Assembly: GCA_964016885.1 (NCBI GenBank)
Contig: OZ024743.1
Span: forward strand, 188,480,001-188,544,000
Origin: Eledone cirrhosa
Lineage: Eukaryota
Direction: 5' to 3'
DNA: 64,000 nt
A model generated the notes under the pieces. That model worked only from the letters and a program-made list of their open reading frames with translations. It was not told the origin of the DNA and ran no database searches. This document shows positions 55,785-64,000 of the stretch, in pieces; the first letter of the stretch is position 1; every line of letters begins with the position of its first letter. Position numbers and translations under genes: made by a program.

Positions 55785-56660
55785 GAAAATTAGAGTTAAA
55801 ACTCCAATCGGAACCCTGTAACTATTAAGCTCCAAGTATAAAATACTGAGCCGATTAATATATAGTAAGAAACACAGTAAACCGTGTGTCTAAAATTACA
55901 AGGGTTGAAAAACCACATTTGTTTGAAATATTTAACCAAGAAGCAGACAGAATGATAAAATAAAAATATATTATTATACAAACCGCCTCAATCACCATTA
56001 TCTCGGACAGATTATCCCTAATCTGTTTCGCCTTGAGTGTGTTTGTAACAGATAATCTTGGGCATCATCAGCGAGAGAATCTGATTAAATGCAACAAACA
56101 CTATTTGCCAACGTTCACACAGAAAGATGAAATTTGTCACCTCGTGCGCCGCTAGTCAAACGTGGTAAGCGCGTATTGAATAGAAATAACAGTCCCACAC
56201 ACACAACTTAATAAGCTCGACTTGTGAGGGAGCAGAAATATATATGAAAAACCACATTTGTTTGAAATATTTAACCAAGAAGCAAGTCGAGCTTATTAAG
56301 TTGTGTGTGTTGGACTGTTATTTCTATTCAATACGCGCTTACCACGTTTGACTAGCGGCGCACGAGGTGACAAATTTCATCTTTCTGTGTGAACGTTGGC
56401 AAATAGTGTTTGTTGCATTTAATCAGATTCTCTCGCTGATGATGCCCAAGATTATCTGTTACAAACACACTCAGGGCGAAACAGATTAGGGATAATATGT
56501 CCGAGAGATATAATGGTTATTGAGGCGGTTTGTATAATAATATATTTTTATTTTATCATTCTGTCTGCTTCTTGGTTAAATATTTCAAACAAATGTGGTT
56601 TTTCAACCCTTGTAATTTTAGACACACGGTTTACTGTGTTTCTTACTATTATTATCATAT
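55785..56660. mobile_element. Palindromic Penelope-like end (family P7), ~360-bp arms
   Basis: Arms about 55862-56224 / 56284-56650; the spacer holds a duplicate of 55907-55945. Confidence 0.85.
56427..56496 (+). ncRNA. Hammerhead ribozyme-like motif (mirror at about 56010-56080, minus)
   Basis: attctctcg CTGATGA t-gccc...gggc GAAA caga TT agggataat; stem III and the triplet are weak. Confidence 0.55.
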
Positions 56661-57230
56661 TTACACATATATTTTTTCCTCTGCTGCTACGCGTCTGTTT
56701 CGTTCTTTGTATCTTTACCCTTTCTAGCAGTCTCTCTCTCTGTTAGCCTTTTCCTCACACTTCACTCACTCATTCTCTGTCACTACCTCTCCTCCTCCTC
56801 TTTCTTCCCGTTTGACCTGTGTGTGATTCTTTTCTCTCGCACGCTGGCCAAGCTGGTATGAATTTTTTTTTTCTCTCTCGTCTACGATTTCACAGAACTT
56901 ATGTTTACCGAATTCGCAGACCAGACCCCTTCTTCCCTCCGTTAGACCTGTGCGAAATTCCTTCCTTGCTCACATTTCAACCAGGTTTGATGGTCTTTAT
57001 TCTCTCGTTCACGATTTCACCGAATTTAAATTCATAGAAATCTGGGACTTGTATCTTTCTTCATCACTTTCTGTTGCTTAAACCATTTTGTTTGTTTACC
57101 CTCGCGTCCCCTTTATTTATGTGTCCCAACGACTTTTTTTAGCCGTTGCTCGCACCAACCGGAGGTATATGGTCTTTAAAGCGATGAAATGCCTATGATG
57201 GTTGGAAGATCACTGATGAAGGACAAACTT

Positions 57231-57267
<37 letters not shown>

Positions 57268-57272
<5 letters not shown>

Positions 57273-57399
57273 AAAAAGAGATGAAATCGAAAATGCAACT
57301 GGAGTCTTATTTTTTTAGAAATATATATATTTATTTGTATATATTTTAAAAAAAATAAGACTCCAGTTGCATTTTCGATTTCATCTCTTTTTCTTTATA
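57268..57399. repeat. Perfect ~50-bp-arm inverted repeat next to (TA)n
   Basis: aagaaaaagagatgaaatcgaaaatgcaactggagtcttattttttt and its reverse complement; resembles the P2 tail at 8225. Confidence 0.8.
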
Positions 57400-57454
57400 C
57401 TTTCACTCGTGTAGGACACCTCGGTTATTTTTCATTTTGTAAAAAAAACCTCAC

Positions 57455-58850
<1,396 letters not shown>

Positions 58851-59169
58851 CCAGCTATGGGTTAAATAGCCTCACCAGGCCACAATGACAAAAAGCCACA
58901 AAGAATGGATGGAGGTCAATCAGGGAGGGGTTCCTCCAGTATGAGTGATAAGGCCCTGGATTGAATGGATGGATAGAATGAATATACATACATATATATA
59001 AGTATATGTGTATATATATCATCATTATTAACATCCACTTTCCCTTCTGGCAAGGGTTAAGTCATTACTGAAGCAGAGCCACTGATTTTCCAGGCAGGCC
59101 AAACCCATGCAAGCGTGGAATATGAACGTTAAACGACAATGATGATGATGATGATGATATATATGTGTG

Positions 59170-59530
59170 TGTGTGAGATTGTGTTGTTATGGACATGTGA
59201 TGCATATGATGGATGAGAGCTGTATGAAAAGTTTCAGAGTGCTCAAAGTTGGAAGCTTTGGTCTAGGAAGACCCAGGAAGACTTGGGATGAGGTGATAAA
59301 GGCTGACCTTGCACAATTGCACCTCTCAAAGGCACTATGCAGTAATACAGAAGATCTTCCTTCCCATGAGTATAGACTGAAACATAAATTTACTGTGCAC
59401 CAGTTTTGCCTCCATCTTCCTTTCCATACATGTCCCATCGTCCAAACACCTCACCCAAGTCTTAACCCTCTGCCCCTCACATATGCCCCTATACCTACCT
59501 CTCCAATCCCCACACTGCCCCACCAAAGTT
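59170..59530 (+). mobile_element. RTE LINE 3' end relic
   Basis: YGHVMHM...GRPRKTWDEVIKADLAQLHLSKA. Confidence 0.8.
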
Positions 59531-59759
59531 GCTATAGAATTGATTTTCCCTTTCCTCCAAATTGCAGGCTTTGTGCCAATGTTAAAAATAATAATCATTA
59601 TTGTATTTCAGTAATTTTATGGTGTGTTTTTTTCATTGCTCAATTGAGAACAACTAAATCTGCATTGGTTATATGCAGTGTTTTGTTTCAGTTTTATATT
59701 TTCTCAGTAGTATTTTATTAATATTTGTGCAGTGCCTAATAGCGGTATTTTTTGTATAT

Positions 59760-60980
59760 TGTGCATATTTGTAAGTATTGAGTGTTGGTTATGCATTATC
59801 TGCATGTTTTGTTAATCTTTCCTAAAGCACTTCTTATTATAGAGATTGTTTGTTTTCAGTCTCCAGATTCTATGTTATCTTTATTTTCTAATACCCCTTC
59901 TCCTTTTCTTCATCATCATCACTTTATCTATCTGATGGCATATCCTCTATCTATCTGATGGTATTTCATAACTAACTATATCTATTATGTGCAATCGAGT
60001 ATCACTTAATAGTATGTACCATGCTTTTGCTAAGGGTTTTCAGTGCCCAAACAGTTACGAGCAGACATGGACAATTTCTGTGGATATAATATATTTTGGT
60101 TAAGACTATCCAGCCAGTGACAATATAGTCATTTGTTTATTTCTCCATCCTTTAGTCTCAGCCTTAAATCTTGTACTTTTTAGTATATTTCTTATTTTTT
60201 ATTTCACTCTATTCAGCTTTCTTGTTCTTTTTTTCCAGACTGATTTTGTAGGGCATTTTAATACCATAGCTCTAGCATAGCAATCTCTACTACCATTCCA
60301 ACTTAGTTTTTACAAACGTTTATACCTCATTACACAATGCTTCAAGTGAACTATAACTTCCTCCTTAGTTTTTAGTTTTTTCACAATTTCTATTGACAAT
60401 AATTGTCTGTCATTTCACTGTATGATTTAAATGTGTTGGCTTCCTTGAAGTCGGGAATCATTACAAAAAATATTGTACAGGTAGCTACTTGTATTAGTTT
60501 TCTATTGTCTTTTACACAATATTTTTGTAGATCCAAAGTGGATACTTTATAATATTTTTCTAGTTACATAACATCCTTACCTCCCAGTTTATGTATTAGA
60601 TTGTGTGTGGTGTATTCTAAATGCAGTCAATACTTTTTTTGTTTTTCTCTCATCTTGAGAATTTTATAACTACAGTTTATTACGGGAACAGCTAGTGTAT
60701 TAATATCTGTTTCCTTATATTTTACATGTATTCATCTGCACTTAGAATATTTCTTTCTAATATTTATTTCATTTGTGTTTTCCATGCACTGTCTAATTCA
60801 TTGATTACAAAGTATTTGTAAGTCTGTATTTGATATAATTTTCTTATCTCTCTTTCTTTATCTAAAATGATATTAGAGTTATTAATTAGTTTTCATCTTT
60901 TCGATGTTGCCTTGGTGCATTTTTCTAATCTGAATCCCATATCAATTATCATCATATTACTGTTTCATATATTTTCTCAT
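59760..60980 (-). mobile_element. Highly degraded R4/Dong-like LINE relic
   Basis: A-rich minus strand with an IRSALGKI-like (IGALG) C-terminal motif; weak evidence. Confidence 0.35.
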
Positions 60981-61004
60981 ATCATATAATTAACTCATAT
61001 CATA

Positions 61005-61462
61005 TTGGTGAATTGGCAGTATCGGTGGAGGGTCGGACATGCTTTCCAGCATAGTTACGTCCCTTTAAGATGTGAGTTCAAATCCTGCCGGGGTTAACTT
61101 TGCCTTTCATCCTTACGGGGTCGATAAAATAAAATACCAGTAATGTACTGGGTAATTGCTGGCCTTGTGCCTAAAACAGAAACAATTATTATTATTATTA
61201 TTAATATTACTATTATTATCATTATTAAAATTGTTTCTACTTTTGGCACAAGGCCAGCAATTATCCCTGTGCATTATTGGGGCTTTACTTTATCAACCCC
61301 ATAGGGATGAACGGCAAAGTTAATCCTGCCAAAGTTAACTTTGTCTTTCATCCTTACAGGGGTCAATGAAATAAAAGTAACAGTAATGCATGGGGATTAA
61401 TTTAATCAACATCCCCCCCCATAAAAAAATGTTTGGCTGTGTTCCTAAATCAGAAACCATCA
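61005..61462. mobile_element. Cluster of three family-B SINE pieces (+, -, +)
   Basis: 61005-61190 (+, B-box gagttcaaatcc), 61228-61330 (-), 61330-61462 (+). Confidence 0.75.
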
Positions 61463-61939
61463 TTATTGTGGTAGTTATTTACATCAAATAGTTTCCATAA
61501 CTTCAGTCCTGAAGTTTGTTTATTATTACCTATTCTCTGATGCATTAATTTACCAAATAATTATCAAATATCGTTAATAAGATCATATTTATTCTATTTA
61601 CAAAGGGAAGGACAGTTAAAACGCTGGTCCCAGGGAGTACTATCTTATTTTAAATCTCTTTTTTTTCGAAATGTTTCATTGTTTTGCACTAATAGTTAAA
61701 ACCACAGAAGAGTTAGATAAGAAGTTCCTATCCTGGAAAACTAACTAAAATGGAAGACCTCAAAGTAAATATACAAATAGTAAAGTGTTTGTAAATAAGA
61801 AAGAGGATCAGACTCTGCTGCTCTCAGGGAAATGTTCATGCTCAATATAGATAATAGGAGTAAGTAGAAATACCATAGGATATATCCAGTATAAACAATC
61901 TAAAATTTTAATGTGTGTCTTGAGCCTGAAAACTTACCA

Positions 61940-62187
61940 GGCTGGGGGTTTATCCTTGTTTCTGTGGTGTTAAGCAGCTGAGAGTACAAGACTCCCGTTT
62001 GGAAGGACATCTGTCTATCATAGGGTTAAACCCCCAGCTACTGCTGGTACTCATTTTCAGCTGAATTCACTGAAGCCACAGGAAATGAAATGTTTTGCTT
62101 AAGAACACAACAAACAACCCAGTCCAGGAATCAAACCCATGACATTAGGATCATAAGGCCAATACACTTACCACTAGACCACGTGCC
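61940..62187 (-). mobile_element. tRNA-derived SINE (family A-like head)
   Basis: Minus strand 'ggcacgtggtctagtggtaagtg...gggtttgattcc...tgttctttaagcaaaacatttcatttc'. Confidence 0.65.
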
Positions 62188-62219
62188 TAGTGTAAACATG
62201 AGATACTCAACATATGTAG

Positions 62220-63130
62220 TAGGATCACATGTAGGCTGACAGAGAAGGTAGACTTCATATACAGTAATCATCAATAAAGATACACAAAAAATAAACACCA
62301 TCAAATGTATAGCAGGTTCACTAGAAATAGTAGAAAGCTTTTCATTTTGAAGTGACCTCATTAAGGGTGATGGTAAATGTACTGAACATATAGTTAGAGT
62401 GAGACTAGAGAGGAATATGTTCAAGGAGCTGTAACTTCTGCTGGCATTAAAGGGCCTCTCCCTCCAGGTGAAGAGCAGATTACATGATGCTTGTGTCACT
62501 TAAAATGAATGAGGCATGAATGCTAAGCTGGATGCATAAGGGGAGAGAGTGTTGTATAAAGAGGTGCTAAGCATTTAATGTGGATGGTAATTGTGAAAGA
62601 CATTGTATGAAGTTGTGAGGAATGATCTCAAGAAAGTGAGCCTTATGAAGGAGATGATAGAGTATTAGATTGACTGGCAATTTGTCGCACTTCAAAAGAT
62701 CCACTCACCAGTACAAACAAAAATAAATATGCCAAAATTTGGAGACAACATGGAGTGAATAAGGCCTTTACACACTGAGACAATGTCAGTATAATTTTAG
62801 ACTGCACTCAGTACACTCTGTAATGTGATTGGTAATAAAATGGAGACAATACAGGGTTGGAGAAGACTCTTTAGTCTGGTCTCACATATACCAACTTGTT
62901 TCGTGCTTTTTCCATGATAAAATACACTCAATACGTGCTGTAAAGTGGTAGTGATAGTGCTATCATAAATTGCATCAAGTACACCTTGAAAGGCAGTTGG
63001 TGATAAGATGGGCCCACAGCCATAGACACCACGCCAAATATGGCACATATGAGCAGGGTGTGGTTATTCTGACTTGTGTATCCTCAAAATGTGACAACAC
63101 ATCTACCCCATGCAAGCATGAAAGATAGAA
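62220..63130 (+). mobile_element. Degraded RTE LINE 3' part and tail
   Basis: 'aagggcctctccctccaggtgaagagcagattacatgatgcttgtgt' and 'cccatgcaagcatg'. Confidence 0.65.
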
Positions 63131-64000
63131 GACTTAAGTAATTATAACTAGAACTCTTTTAATACTAGATGTGCCCAAAACAACAACAGAATTAAAACAA
63201 TAACCATTATTGATGTTTTTAATGTGGGAGAAATAAAATAGAATATTTTATAAAACATTGAGAGATTGTCCTGCTTGAATATGTATATATGATTGTGCTT
63301 CAGTGTAGGCTCTAGGTTGAAAAGAGTCAGTATACGGAGAAAGTATAGACAAAATTAATAAACCATGATGTGAATGTTAACAATTTATTATATCTTTTAC
63401 CTAAACAGATAAAGCATTAACTAATAAATCAAATTCAAGGCTCAAATTCAATTACAGGTAGAAGCTAATTAATTCAGCTTATGCTGAATATAGCTCTTGT
63501 AAAAGATATGAATGTCATTCAATGGTATACCAACACTGCAATTAAATTTGATACTCAACGCCTAAGCTCCAAATCTTCTTATAAATATTCACGATTTAAA
63601 GCTCAGTATATATATATATATTTCAATAATCATTTATTCATATAATTATGAGATGCATTTTAATTATATTCAATTACAATTAAATTATAGATTTTTAATA
63701 TTTATATAATACCATGTTATGGCTTTTTCTACTGATTATCCTATTATATTTTCATTATGCAAATGGGAAGAATTGTGAGAAATTCAGACAAAATGCATTG
63801 CAGAATATTGTTATGACTTTTTACATTCTGTGTTCAAATCTCTCTGACTTCAGCTTTGCCTTCCATCCTTTTGTGGTTGATAAATAGAATACTTATCTAG
63901 AGGAGGTAAAATCAATTTTTATTATATATATATCATCATCATTTTATGTCCGCTTTTCCCTGCTTGCAAGGGTTGGATGGGTCCTATTCAGCACAGCATC

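Overview
AT-rich eukaryotic genomic DNA, probably from a coleoid cephalopod such as Octopus. That assignment is an inference from the (TA)n/(CA)n microsatellite load, RTE LINEs ending in (GAT)n and the tRNA-SINE families. The window is almost all repeats: RTE-type LINE relics, R4/Dong-like relics, a hAT transposase relic, SINEs and minisatellites, with at most one small spliced host transcript candidate (minus strand, about 33.7-35.1 kb). The most striking signal is a dense set of Penelope-like (Naiad-type) retroelement pieces sitting in (TA)n tracts. Many are fold-back palindromes carrying hammerhead ribozyme (HHR) motifs from about 8 sequence-distinct families. Two families use a U3-A8 covariant core (UUGANAA) that standard CUGANGA searches would miss. 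In one family the inversion points coincide with the ribozyme's own stems. Coordinates were read by eye and are approximate at element edges.
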